64,000 nt of DNA from Marsupella aquatica. Taxonomy: Eukaryota; Plantae; Marchantiophyta. This document shows, one piece after another, positions 48,501-63,300 of this stretch. The notes below the pieces were generated by a model. That model was given only the letters and a program-made list of their open reading frames with translations, was not told the DNA's origin and made no database searches. Within the stretch, counting starts at the first letter, position 1, and each line of letters begins with the position of its first letter. Location of the stretch: positions 8,765,832 through 8,829,831 of the forward strand of contig OZ316897.1 in assembly GCA_973895155.1 (NCBI GenBank), in the 5' to 3' direction. The position numbers and the translations under genes are program-made.

Positions 48501-51500
48501 GGAAGTACTTAATGCACAGTAATGGTGAGGTTGCTTATCGATGGCAGGGAAATCTCACGCTCTTCACGAGCGAGTTGAGCAATTGTGTACGAGGGCGATA
48601 AATTGGGCAGAGCTGAAGCGGAAACCAAAGGTCAGTCTCTCTTCAATAGTATGACTTACAACAACGGCGTTTTTGATAGATTTGCCTATTGGAGCCTAAT
48701 GATGTCGTTTGAGTCTTATTTCGCTGGTAGAAACAGAACTCTTACGAATTATCTGGTTGTTATATCTTACGGTGCCCTGCAGTTTCTGTTTTCTATCTTA
48801 GTCTGCATCGTATGTTCAAAGTTACTTCATGAGCTCTTTGCTGTACTCTTCACTTTTTTATGATGCCAAAAGTACCTGGCTGGAGGAGAATCTGCCCCAC
48901 AAGTTTTCGCTAGATGCTGAATGGCTACTTTTCTGTTTGTGCAGGCTGAGAAAAAGTTTGCCATTACTGTTTTCAGCTTCCCACCTGATAAGGGGAACGT
49001 TGGCACTGCTGCTTACTTGAACGTCTTCTCTTCGATATACAGTGTGCTAACAGATCTGAAAAAGGATGGTTACAATGTGGAGGGTCTGCCAGACAGCTCA
49101 GAGGCTCTGATAGAAGATGTCATCCATGACAAAGAGGCGAAGTTCAGCAGTCCTGACCTGAACATCGCTTACAGAATGCCTGTTCGTGAATATGAAAGAC
49201 TCACACCTTATGCCAAGGCCCTTGAAGAGAGTTGGGGTAAAGCACCCGGGACACTCAATTCTGACGGGCAAAATTTGCTGGTGTATGGTAAGCAATATGG
49301 GAATGTGTTCATCGGTGTTCAGCCCACTTTTGGTTACGAGGGGGATCCCATGCGGCTTCTGTTTGCCAAGTCTGCTAGCCCCCACCATGGATTCGCGGCT
49401 TACTACACGTTCCTCGAGAAGATCTTTGGTGCGGACGCGGTCCTTCATTTTGGCACACACGGTTCACTCGAGTTCATGCCTGGCAAGCAGGTCGGAATGA
49501 GTGACACATGCTACCCTGACTCCCTCATTGGAAATATACCGAACATCTACTACTATGCCGCCAACAATCCGTCCGAGGCAACTATCGCCAAGAGACGTAG
49601 CTATGCCAATACCATTAGTTACCTTACCCCTCCTGCTGAGAATGCTGGGTTGTACAAAGGGTTGAAGCAGCTGAGCGAATTGATTTCGTCCTACCAGTCT
49701 TTGAAGGATACAGGCCGAGGTCCTCAGATCGTAAGCAGCATAATTAGCACTGCCAAGCAGTGCAACCTCGACAAAGACGTCGAGCTCCCTGAGGAAGGAG
49801 TTTCTCTTTCGTCCGATGAAAGAGACAATGTCGTAGGAAAAGTGTATGGAAAAGTCATGGAAATCGAGTCTCGTTTGTTGCCTTGCGGCTTGCACATCAT
49901 CGGTGAGCCTCCTAGCGCAATGGAAGCCGTGGCCACACTCGTGAACATCGCTGCCATCGACAGGCCTGAAGAGAACATATGTGGATTCCCTGGAATTTTG
50001 GCGGAGTCAGTAGGAAGGACTATTGAGGACGTGTACAGAAGCAGTGACAAGGGAGTTTTGCAAGATGTGTTGTTGCTGAATGAGATCACCCAGGTCTCAA
50101 GATCAGCTGTGTCTGCATTCGTAGACAGGACTACTAACAACAAGGGGCAGGTAGTGGAGGTAACAGAGAATTTCATGTCATTGTTGGGACTTGGAAGGAA
50201 AGAGCCGTGGGTAGAGGTTTTACAGAAGACCCAATTCCGAGACGCCGATCGAGATAAGCTGAAGGTTCTATTCGACTTTTTGTCGTTCTGTTTGAAGCAA
50301 ATTGTTGCTGACAACGAGCTGGGGGCTTTGAAGCAAGCCTTGGAGGGCAAATATGTTGAGCCCGGGCCCGGAGGTGATCCAATCAGGAACCCGAAAGTCC
50401 TGCCGACTGGGAAGAACATTCATGCGCTTGATCCTCAAGCTATCCCAACTGCAGCAGCACTCGGAAGTGCGAAGGTTGTTGTCGAGCGCCTACTGGAGAG
50501 GCAAAAACTTGAAAACGAGGGAAAGTATCCCGAAACCATTGCGTTGGTACTTTGGGGAACAGATAATATCAAGACCTATGGGGAATCTTTAGCTCAAGTA
50601 TTGTGGATGGTTGGTGTCAGGCCTGTTCCTGATGCCCTTGGACGGGTCAACAAAGTTGAACCTGTTCCTCTTGAAGAACTTGGCCGACCTCGTGTTGACG
50701 TTGTTGTGAACTGCTCGGGTGTTTTCCGGGACCTGTTCATAAATCAGGTGAGTAGAGTTCTATGGTTTTCTGTTCAACAAGTTTTCCACGTTCACTAGGG
50801 AAAATCCTGGAAAGAAAGGCTTATTGGATGTGTCAACATAGACGAAGATTATTCTAAATGTTTTCCTCGTGAAATTGACCTCTACTGGATATGGGCTAAT
50901 GATGAATTCCGCTTTTTGCAGATGAACCTATTGGACAGAGCCGTGAAGATGGTGGCAGAGCTTGATGAACCTCTAGAAATGAACTTTGTTAGAAAGCATG
51001 CTCTGGAGCAGGCTGCATCCTTGGGTGTGACTACCCGGGAAGCAGCGACTCGCATCTTCTCCAACGCATCTGGATCTTACTCGTCAAATGTGAATTTGGC
51101 CGTTGAAAACTCTTCCTGGAACGACGAGCAGCAGCTGCAGGACATGTACCTGTCGAGGAAGTCCTTCGCCTTCGACTCAGATGCTCCTGGAGCAGGCATG
51201 AAAGAGAATCGGAAGATTTTCGAGACTGCACTAGCTACAGCCGAAGCCACTTTCCAGAACTTGGATTCATCCGAGATTTCGTTGACAGACGTCAGTCACT
51301 ACTTTGACTCCGATCCTACTAAACTTGTCCAGAATTTGAGGGCCGACAAGAAGAAGCCCAACGCCTACATTGCTGATACGACCACCGCAAACGCCCAAGT
51401 CAGGAGTCTTTCCGAAACTGTGCGCCTCGATGCCCGGACCAAAATGCTCAATCCCAAGTGGTACGAGGGAATGTTGTCAAGCGGGTACGAGGGGGTTAGA

Positions 51501-51776
51501 GAGATAGAGAAGAGATTGACAAACACCATGGGTTGGAGCGCCACTTCCGGGCAGGTGGACAATTGGGTCTACGAGGAAGCCAACTCAACATTCATCGAGG
51601 ACGAGGACATGCAGAAGAGACTCTTAGAAATGAACCCCAATTCTTTCCGAAAATTGGTTGCTACTTTCCTGGAGGCGAATGGTCGGGGCTACTGGGAGAC
51701 GTCCGAAGAAAATTTGGACAAATTGAGGCAGTTGTACTCCGATGTCGAGGATAGGATCGAAGGAATTGACAAGTGA
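45577..51776 (+). CDS. CHLH: Magnesium chelatase subunit H (CHLH/GUN5), plastid-targeted
   Basis: Firm exons 47037-48309, 48548-48630, 48945-50747 and 50922-51776 join in frame at GT-AG borders; motifs [58 protein letters not shown]. Transit-peptide exons (ATG 45577, possible exon 46736-46798) are tentative. Confidence 0.95.
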
Positions 51777-52234
51777 TTTGTGTAGCGAATGTATATCCAT
51801 TCAACTTGTACTGAATCTGTACTCTAGGTAGTGACAATGTAGTACCTCCTCTCTAGGTTCCTGGACTGCCAGAATGTGCCCGATTCTAAAGTGGTAACAC
51901 CCATATTGTGGCCATCTTTACTAGACTAGTTCCAAGGGCACATATCACATTTTGAAACTCGTGTTTCCATCTCCTGGCCATCTAATAAGACTACAGGGTT
52001 TTATCGGACTACCGTCAAATATGAACGAGATTGTGAGTTCTACCGGCACATTCACACTTCGAAACTTTTGTGTCCATATCCTGGCCATCTAATAACAAAA
52101 CGGAGTTGATCAGACCACCGTCAAAGATGAAGGAGATCGTGAGTTTCACTGGCACACTTACACGTGAATCCTGTAGTGTACTGTAGGGAGCGATCTCCTC
52201 CCATAAAAATGAGAATCGTGTATTATACTGTAAT

Positions 52235-52620
52235 GGGTGACGACACTACACATAGCATAGCGACAGTAATTTGAGACTGCAATGCACGTTGGATAGCAAC
52301 AGAGTTTTTACTTGTAGTAGACTGTTATGTGTGACGACACTACACATGGCACAGCAACAGTAATTTGAGACTACAATGCACATTGGATAGCAACAGAGTT
52401 TTTGCATGACAAACGAGTTTTGCTGTTTTCAATGCCAGTTGCGCAAGGGTGATGGCATGAAGAACATCTGCATTCTAGAGAGTTTGGAGGGGTAGTAGTG
52501 TAATCTCACAAATTCTAGGGGTGTTTTCGGACACAAGGGTGATGGCATGAAGAACATCTGCATTCTAGAGAGTTTGGAGGGGTAGTAGTGTAATCTCACA
52601 AATTCTAGGGGTGTTTTCGG
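52235..52620. repeat. Two tandem duplications (~96 bp x2 and 90 bp x2) between the CHLH and PCNA 3' ends
   Basis: gtgacgacactacacat...ggatagcaacagagttttt x2; caagggtgatggcatgaagaacatc...gggtgttttcgg x2. Confidence 0.8.
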
Positions 52621-54309
52621 AGGTTTAGAATTTTGGAGTAAAATATGTGCTTGGGGCGTTTCAGGTCCAGTCCCTTGTTTCGGTTCCAGTCCCCTCCTCT
52701 TTGCTTATATTCAATTTCTGATAATGCATGGCTCATAAGGGTCGCAATTAAGGTAACTCATTCCGACCAAGTCTAGCCGCCCGCCAACTGTTGGTTTGGA
52801 TCAAAGATCACAAAGGCTAAAGAGAGTTAAATAATGACCATCTCTGGATCCCAATTAGGTTCTGATTTTGGATTGCGATATTATGAGCCAGAAAATCATC
52901 ACGGTCTATGTCCATAATTTTTAGTAGTGTGATGTAAGGTAAACTCAAGGTTGTTCCTCATATTTGTGAAAGCGTTACAGGGGAGCTTCAGCGTTTTCGT
53001 TTAGTATCCAGTTTCTCAAGGAATGTAGTTTAACATGCCCTAGTATGCTTTCGATTAGTGCTGTCTCACGAGTTACACCATAAAATGGAGGAGCTTCACC
53101 ATCAGCGTGGCTGTCACCGTCTGACGAACAAAAGAACCTTCGCAATAGGCAAAACGCTTTCACAGGAGGGAATGGAGTGCGGCCCTCGCACTAGTGTAAT
53201 GTTGCAGACAGTAGTAGTGCAATTGATCCCTCTTGTACTACTCAGTCTCGTAAGCGCAAGAGCTCTGCTGAAGCTGGGGTGCCCTCCGATTAGTACTTAG
53301 TGGGCAGAGTGATTCGCAATTCGCCCCTTCCGATTCAAATTCCTTCAAAGATTAAAACTGGCATTGTCTAACCATTATTCTTTTGAGTCCAAAATTCGAG
53401 TGCATCATTTGTCTACCGTGAAAGGACACGGAGGTTACGACAGATTGCATAGGTTTCTCCTCTTGCTAGTATGAAAATCGACTCTGTCCTTGCTTAGAAG
53501 TGGTGGCCCACTGTTTTCAAAAACATTCTCTCAGGAAGCACAAAGACAAGCCAGGAGAGTGGAAGGGAAGGTAATGGCGCACACACACCGCTTAAAAAAC
53601 GAATTTACCTGCTGGGAACTATGCGCAAAGAAAGGAAGGAGAATGAAGATCAGAGCACAATGCACTTCTGTGACCGACACAGCAATTGAAAATTAAATGA
53701 ACCTAAGTCCTCCAAGACATTGATTCAGAATCGCGCACTCCAAATCAAATGCAACTATCCAGGAGAAAGAAGCATTCTCCATAATTACCGGAACGAGAAG
53801 CGTCAGTGACCCTCGCTCATGATCAAATATATTGCACAACAGAGTCTTGAGCAAGTCCTTCACCGCGTTAAAGGTGAAGAGACGAACAAATTTCGAAATC
53901 GTTTTCCAACAGACAAAATACGATGTGAAAATAATTGGCGTGGGTGCCTCAGTCCACCCATAAATTTCCCCGTGAAGTGACCACCTGATTTCCAACAAAT
54001 GTGGGCAGGGACCTCACGTAACTATAGTACACTGTCGGGAACTTTTCAGGTCTGCAAAGTGGTATCCACAATTCAAAAATGCAGACGAGGGAGCTTTCCG
54101 AGGGGTTCGGTTGTTTCAAACAGCTCCTTGGGAAAAGCGCAGGACTTTCACAATGGCAGCCATTTCTTGCGCAGGACTCCAAGATGGGCCATAGCAAGAA
54201 GGCCACGAAAGGGAGAAGCCTAATCTTTGACTCTGCTTTCCATAACATCCTTGGAATTCTCTGCTTGTATTATGGATATGTAATATCCCTGAACATGATG
54301 CGCACTAGA

Positions 54310-56044
<1,735 letters not shown>

Positions 56045-56635
56045 CTATTCCTAACGATACCTACAAAAGCTCAAGAATCGGAGCAACCTCTCTCTTCCGA
56101 GGCCCTCGATTCCACACCAGCAGCAGGTAGCCGGGCTACAAAAAAGCTCGACAATCAATCCAAACCAGGGAACAAGATTTTCTCCCTCCCAAACCCAAAT
56201 CGCGATTTCTTTTGGCACATACGGTTGCGCAAAACCCAGGAAATGGTTTCTTCGCCTCTGCCGCGAGTAGCAGAATTGAATCAAAGCTTAGCGAACTGGC
56301 GAATAGATTGGAGAGGTCGCGAACTGGGTGGAGAATTACTAATGAACTGGACGGAGAAGAGGAAGGAGCAACCGAGAGAGTAGAGAAGATTCAACTGAAG
56401 GGACGAGAGCATGCGAAATTTTTGAAGGAGGAGGATCGGCGAGTAGAAATGGCGGGACGGGGGATGAGAGGGTTTTGGACTCGGAGCTCCCTCCCTCCAA
56501 TCTTCGATCGACGGAATGTGATCGCCTGAGGGTCGTGGAATGGGCGGGAGGGCTGAAGGGGAGGGTTTTGGGGAGGCAGCTTCTTCCTTCCTAGACTACT
56601 GTACCTCTCTTTCGCTTCAGAGGGGGAGGGCACGA

Positions 56636-56647
56636 TTTTGGCGGGAA
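56636..56647 (-). promoter_or_regulatory. E2F binding site in the PCNA promoter
   Basis: TTTTGGCGGGAA (reverse TTCCCGCCAAAA) ~600 bp upstream of the ATG; further GGCGGGA cores at ~56451 and ~56543. Plant PCNA genes are known E2F targets. Confidence 0.7.
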
Positions 56648-56729
56648 CCTCGGGCTTGTGATTCTCATTCCCATGACGTGTAATTCGACTCGTGCCATCG
56701 TCATTTCCCCTGACTACAGTCAACCATGC

Positions 56730-57560
56730 ATAAGTGTTGGGTGTGTAAGTGCATTCCGTGGTTAGGTGTAGGTGTGGTTAGGTGTAGGCCAGCACACGTG
56801 GATGTTATCAGGGGCTCATGCCATTGCGATTCCCCTAACTACAGACTGTTCATCAATGCGATGTATAAGTGCATTCTGTGGTTAGGGGGTGTATGTGTGG
56901 TTAAGTGTAGGCCAACACACGTGGATGTTATCAGGGGCTCGTGCCATTACAATTCCCCGTAACTACAGACTGTGCAACAATGCAGTATATAAGTGCATTC
57001 CGGTTAAGGAGGTATAGGTGTGGTTAAGTGTAGGCCAGCACACGTGAATGTTATCAGGGGCTGGTGCCATTGGGATTTCCCTAACTACAGACTAAGCATC
57101 AGTGCAGTGTATAAGTGCATTCTGTGATTAGGAGTTGTAGGTGTGGTTAAGTGTAGGCCAGCACACGTGGATGTTAGCAGGGGCTCGTGCCATTACGATT
57201 TCCCTAACTACAAACTGTGCATCAGTGCAGTGTATAAGTGCATTCTGTGGTTAGGAGGTGTAGGTGCGGTTAAGTGGAGGCCAGCACATGTGGATGTTAT
57301 CAGGGGCTAGTGCCATTGCGATTTCCCTAACTACAGAGTGTGCATCAATGCAGTGCGATTCCTGGGACATCATGTACTGTTCCCTTGTGATTTTCCCTAA
57401 CTACAGTCAGCCGGGCACAGGTGCGGGTGTATAAGTGCATTCCATAGTTAGGTGCATGCTGGCAGACGTAGAGTTCATCACGGATTCGTGCCCTTGCAAT
57501 TTTCCCTAATTATAGTCAACTGTGCATAAGTGTAACATGTATAGGTGCAATCCATGGTTC
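56730..57560. repeat. 123-bp tandem array (5 good units plus 2 degenerate), with a G-box in four units
   Basis: CACGTG at 56795, 56918, 57041 and 57164, an exact 123-bp period; CACATG at 57287. Confidence 0.9.
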
Positions 57561-59104
57561 GGTGGAGGCTTTTTCAATCCATTACATGATTCTGAATGTA
57601 CTTAAATTGAGATGTGACAACTAACTTTAGTCCCCAAGGTTTTTATGTGTACTTCCAAGATACTTAAAAAAAAAATGTTTTTCAGGTCATCCAATACAAG
57701 AACCACTATCAGATTAGAAGAGAGAAGAGCCAGGCTTGAAAGTAGATAAAAACAGTTCTAAACAGGCCATCCTTCAAGGCTATAACTTTTGGTTGAGGCA
57801 AATTGAGTGCAGTTTACAACTTGGAATATGGCCAGTTGGAGACTGATATAAAACCTTGGGACTGAATAAACTACCTAAGAATGTCTACATTTAGTCCACT
57901 ATGTCAATCAATCAACTACTCATATAACACTAACTGGTCCTAATGGTATAGTACAACTAGTGCTACCTACATTTTTTTGGTGATCCCCACCTTTTTCTTT
58001 GCCTTGGGAATGAGCCTCAATTTTACACTGCAATAAAGTGTCAAAAGGGGAGCACAAATGGTGAATCAACCCCAAGTAGCCATAGCAAATTGAACATGCA
58101 GTTTACTTTACTGCATCCTCAGTCAAAGACAGTAAATAATACAAATTAGTGGACAGGCACGGACCAATGGTCAGGACTTATCATGGCAGGGTAACCAGAG
58201 AACCATATCATGGGATAAACCTCTCTAATAATGTATTGCATGGTGGTTGTTGTGGGGGAAATAAGGTGATGTCTAGTCTACCATTCCTGAACCAATAAAT
58301 CTTGTTAATAGAGTGTGTCAAAGTACTCCTGTAATCAAAGTCTTACGGCTGTGGATTTTTGGACCTACCATCCTTATGGTGTACGTATTTTGGTAGCCAG
58401 TAGCAATTTTGTCGTGGCGGTAAGAGCACCTTATGTCCTGCGCTGTAACTGTGTTATAACCTTGCTTTGACACGCCCTAATGACCCCCATTGCCACTATG
58501 AAAAGGTCCCATCCCCTAATTGGCCGACTAGGTGAACTGTAGACCTACCCTGGAGGTTCTCCCACTCACTTCCCATCCCAGGACCCTTGTAGCTTGATTT
58601 TTCTGTGTAGAGATTTCTTATTAAATATCAGCTATTTGTAGATGCAGTTTTTGTGTGAATGAGATCTATGTTCTGAGCCGTAGATTGCCCCCAACAATGA
58701 ACCCCAACAATGAACTAATGAGTTGACATTGATACTCAAAAATTCACAAAAATATGATATGCTCTTTTCTATACATCGTTCTATTCTATGTGGAATGAGT
58801 AACTTGGGTTACCAGGAATATTTTATAGCATAAAGAGTCATTTTAGCAAAGCCTTATCCTCAAGCCCTTTCTTACATTAGCCTCGAGCTTACTCCATTCG
58901 ATTTGAATGTAAGTAATATGAGTGATATACAATGTAAGTGAAACTGACCTGTCCCAACTTGGAACTACAAGTGGAATAGTCGATCCGCATACACCTGTCG
59001 TGATAGAGGGCTCAGATGACGCCATCGGAGATACGCGGCCTGATTCTCGTCCGATCGGCGAAAGATCGATCACAAGTGGAAAGGGCGCCGGCGGCAGCAG
59101 TAGC

Positions 59105-59950
59105 GTCACCTCTCGATTAGTTGGTGCAGGAGCTTTGCCTCTCGTTGCGCTCTCTCCTTAATTCTCTCGCTCAGTTTTGCGAGCGCTCAATTCAGTCGTC
59201 AATTCGTTCGCAACGATAGCCTGTAGTAGTTTGCAGCATCACCTCTCGCTGCAATGTTGGTGCAGGAGCTTTGCCTCTCGTTGTGCTCTCTCCTTGATTC
59301 TCTCGCTCAGTTTTGCGAGCGCTCAATTTACTCGTCTTTTCGTTCGCAACGATAGTCTGTAGTAGTTTGAAGCGTCACCTCTCGATCCAATGTTGGTGCA
59401 GGAGATTTGCCTCTCGTTGTGCTCTCTCCTTAAATTCTCTCGCTCGGTTTTGCGAACGCTCGTTTCAGTCGTTAATTCGTTCGCAACGATAGTCTGTAGT
59501 AGTTTGAAGCATCTTGCTGTAACTCCGCGCAGCAATTTGTTGGCTCTGCGAATATATTAACACCCTCGCGATCTCTTGTTCAAGTCATTCGCAACGACAG
59601 CAGGAGTTCAAGCATTTTGTTGAAGCTCCGTGTAGCAGTCTTCTTAGCTCGATGAATTAACACGCTCTCGTCGTTCGCAACGATGAAAGTAGGTTGAAGC
59701 ATTTTGTTGAAGCTCCGCGCAGCAATCATCTTAGCTCTATGAGTTAACGCTCTCTATACCTCGTACAAGTCGTTCACAACAATAGTCATAGGTTGAAGCA
59801 TTTTGTTGAAGCTCCGTGCAGCATTCTTCTCAGCTCTATGAATTAACGCTCTCTCTCGTTTAAGTCGTTTGCAGCGACAGTGGTAGGTTGAAGCATTTTG
59901 TCGAAGCTCCGCGCAGCAATCTTCTTAGCTCTAAGAATTAAGGTTCTCTC
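59105..59950. repeat. Two adjoining, related tandem arrays (~135-140 bp x3, then ~90-100 bp x5) upstream of the SYCP2-like gene
   Basis: ttggtgcaggag-tttgcctctcgttg x3; aagcattttgttgaagctccg(c/t)gcagca...cttagctc x4-5; both share cgttcgcaacga. Confidence 0.85.
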
Positions 59951-60391
59951 TACTTCAAATCGTGCTTAACTACATAGGTCCAAGCATTTCCCCATGCTCC
60001 CTCGAAGAAATCGTGGATCCACTCAGATCGATTCTGTCTCGTTTTCGTTCGCTACTGCATCTAGTTTTAAGAATTTTGTCAAAGCTGAGCACAGAAAGCT
60101 TACCTAGCTTGCTTTACTAACGCTTTGTCTGTGCACCGGCATTTCGAGCATTCAGTGATCGTTTAATTTGACGAACTAAATTTTCTGCAAATGATGGCTC
60201 CTGCAGTTCATTGACATCTCTGCGGCAATCGGGACTCTCGGTTATAGTGGTCTAACAAGCAACTGAAAACAATTTAGAATCTGGCCCGGTTTCTTCCCCT
60301 GTCCCGTGCGATTTCTCCCTGCGGACAAAGGCCCTGAGGACGGTCGGAGCTACACTTTTGTTAGAGAGATCCCTCAATTCACTCGGGAATC

Positions 60392-63300
60392 ATGAACAGG
60401 CAGAGGTTCTCCCAAAAGTCCCTGACGCACGATGATATTGATGAGGAAACTGTAAAAGAGATGGACATGGTGTTGAAGACTATTTCCAATGCAGAAGCTG
60501 ACGTTTCTGATGCAGTTTTAGAACAGGTTCGAAGATTCCTTGAAATGGTTAGCGAGGTAAGACGACTGAGAAATCGCAAAACAGTGCACTATACTTCTTG
60601 ATGTCCAGCTTAAATAACGTATGTCAAACAGTGTAGATGAAAAATCGCCGCATTGTCATCCCTTGGAGTGGGTTGATAAAGACTTTGTGTCAACTGTTCA
60701 CATCGCCTTTGTCCTTCTTGAGAAGCCGTATGTTATGTTTACCGTGGTATAATCATTTGTTGTGTCATATTATAACCAATTCTGTGAACCATCGCAAGAA
60801 TGAGCTATTGGAACTTACGACATTGAAATGTCTTCAGGCCTGGGCACAATCACCAACACTCGGGAAACTCCTCGACATTGGAATTGTTCGAACCCTAGCA
60901 ACAATATATGACAATTTAATTCAAGCCGACTATGGCAGATCCGGAGTCTTAGCATCTATACTGGAGCTCTTGTTTATTGTCGAAGACATGAGTGACAGTG
61001 TCGAAGGTTGTTTGGATTATACTCCATGCGCTCTCTCTGTGTTTTATTTAGAGCCAGGTTTGATAATAAAATGAATTCGTAGGCGCACACTGCCGTAGGA
61101 ATCTGAGGCATACTCAATTGACTCGAAACTTCCGCGCTGTTTTGATCGGCAAGTTGGTCTCTCAGACCGGCCAGCTAGCACGCAATCCATATACTAGTTT
61201 AAGAAGCCATATCAAATTTGAACAACTGAATTTGGTCTCCCCCTGTCATGACGAGGCAGCCATCATATCTGTTCAGCTCCAATCTCTCCCGGAATCTTGA
61301 TTTAAAGAGCTTTTGTAGTCCAATCATTTGAATTAGGTGATCGAGGATCTCGCTTTACTCTGCATTGCAGCTATATATCCTAGCCTGGCTGGAAATACCG
61401 AAGCTTCTGAATATTTGACAGTGAGCCTGCAATAATGAGCCTGTTGATTCGCTACATCAGTCTGCGCATTAGCGAGTAAAAGCGTAATGTCTCGTCCAAT
61501 GCTTTAGGGCTGTGAAGAGTCGACCGAAACTACAATAATTCGATTTGAACATCTATGAACTCGCCTCTGCCCGATGTCCTCGAAATACGATACAGGAAAT
61601 CCGACCAAGGTTACAGGGCTGTATTCCCCGCTATATTCACAACTAGCATAGTCTAGCTAGAGTGCATCAATGTAGCTGGAAGTTAGTATACTAGTAATCA
61701 TCACTGGTCTTACCTAGGAATTTCCTTGGAGAGTCTTCATTAGAAGCACAGTTCAGGAGGCGCGTGATGACAAAATTCTTGGATGCTGTCAATCAACCTC
61801 TGAATATCTAAGGAAACCTTACTCGATCTCGTTTGGCCTATTTGACCTTTGCCTCAGGAAAGATCGAATGTGGAAAACTCTTCTTATTCCGTCTGATGGC
61901 CTTTGTCACTGCGACTAGTAATACGCCGTCATTGAAGTTACAACGAGCTGTTATAGAGACGATCTGTGCTCTCGTGACCAGGTCTCCAGAAAACCAGCAG
62001 GCAGTTCTCGACCAAAAGGTGGCATGGTAAAGAATTCTGACATTGCTCTCGTGGACTTTTACAATGTTTGAAAGTGTCTTCCCTAATTAGGCAAGCAGTC
62101 CACGCGGCGTCGAATGGAGTGAATTGATGTTTATGGAGGGAAATCTCGTGAACTGATTTGGGAATCGAGCAGACCAGAATTTATTCATAGCGATAATAAG
62201 TTCGATGATCGATCTCAATCATGGACTTCAGTGAGACTTGATTCTTGTGTACCATCAATCACCTGTCAGCTACAAGTTATTCAAGGTGTTTCTTCCAAGA
62301 TGCGGCGACTTTCAGCTGCAGGCTAGTATCACGGAGATATTTTATCGGCTTGCGAAGAAAGGGCCACATCTATTGCACTTCATACAGGATCGAGATGTCA
62401 AGAAATGTATTGAGTCGCTGATACAATCCAAGAAGCCCGACCTGTTGTTAGAAATCAGGAAAATTGTGACGCATCTCAACGAATCCCTCGGCTGCCTCAG
62501 AAGGTAATCAAATCAGTTAATGAAGTGGATCTGTTAAGAGCTTGGTTTAAGAGCTGAAAGAACTTTAGCCCGTGTCGATGTGTAACTGCGAGTTTTTGTG
62601 TTTTCTCCTGTCACTGGCAGTTCTAGATATGAGCGATTAAATACTCTGAATCGATCGTTACATGCAAAATATAAACACTGTAGGAAACGTTACGCTAGAA
62701 GTCAATTTTGGATGGCAATAAAAATGAAAATCATGACCAAAGTTCGGAATTGGGTTGTTAAACACTGTTATGATGTCTTGTTACAGTGTTTACTCATTTC
62801 TAGCGGAACAAATCTTAATAAATGGCCACGAAATGATCACGAGCGACAAGTGGGTAAACATTGGACGAGCTCAGCTAAGCTTCTACATCTCAGGACTCCC
62901 AGACTCGGTAACATTACGTTTTTATTAGTCACGTTATCGGAGATCAGAGAACATTGTTGCCGCATTGATGTAGCTCTGACTGGCTCGTAAGCACTCTGCT
63001 GGTCGAATATGCTGATTTTCTGATTACTGTAGGGAGTCGAATGGCATTTTCTGGTCATATTCTGATGTTTATTGTCAATCGTCAACGTGACCTGATCATA
63101 CTAAGACTCCTAGTAAATATGTACAAATGCAAACAAAGGTCTGTACCGACGAAAATTCGATCATGGATGTGCAATATGAAGACATTATGGAGGTCAAAAG
63201 TGAGTATCTTGCAATTAAGACTTAGTCCCGTCTCCAATTTATTGTATCGAAAGGCTTAGACCACATTTGAGGCTATCTTGAATTTGATTGCACTGAAGTA

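Noticed and set aside
47162-51562. Long antisense ORFs within CHLH (e.g. 49724-50419, 231 aa)
   Set aside because: Shadow ORFs of a strongly conserved coding strand.
56760-57330. Interstitial telomere repeats (ggttagg, ccctaa)
   Set aside because: Isolated words inside a 123-bp monomer; no tandem TTTAGGG or TTAGGG tract.
56730-59950. Regularly spaced repeats resembling a CRISPR array (also 11905-12760 and 20607-20940)
   Set aside because: The sequences between the conserved cores are homologous to each other rather than unique spacers; there are no cas-like genes and the context is eukaryotic.
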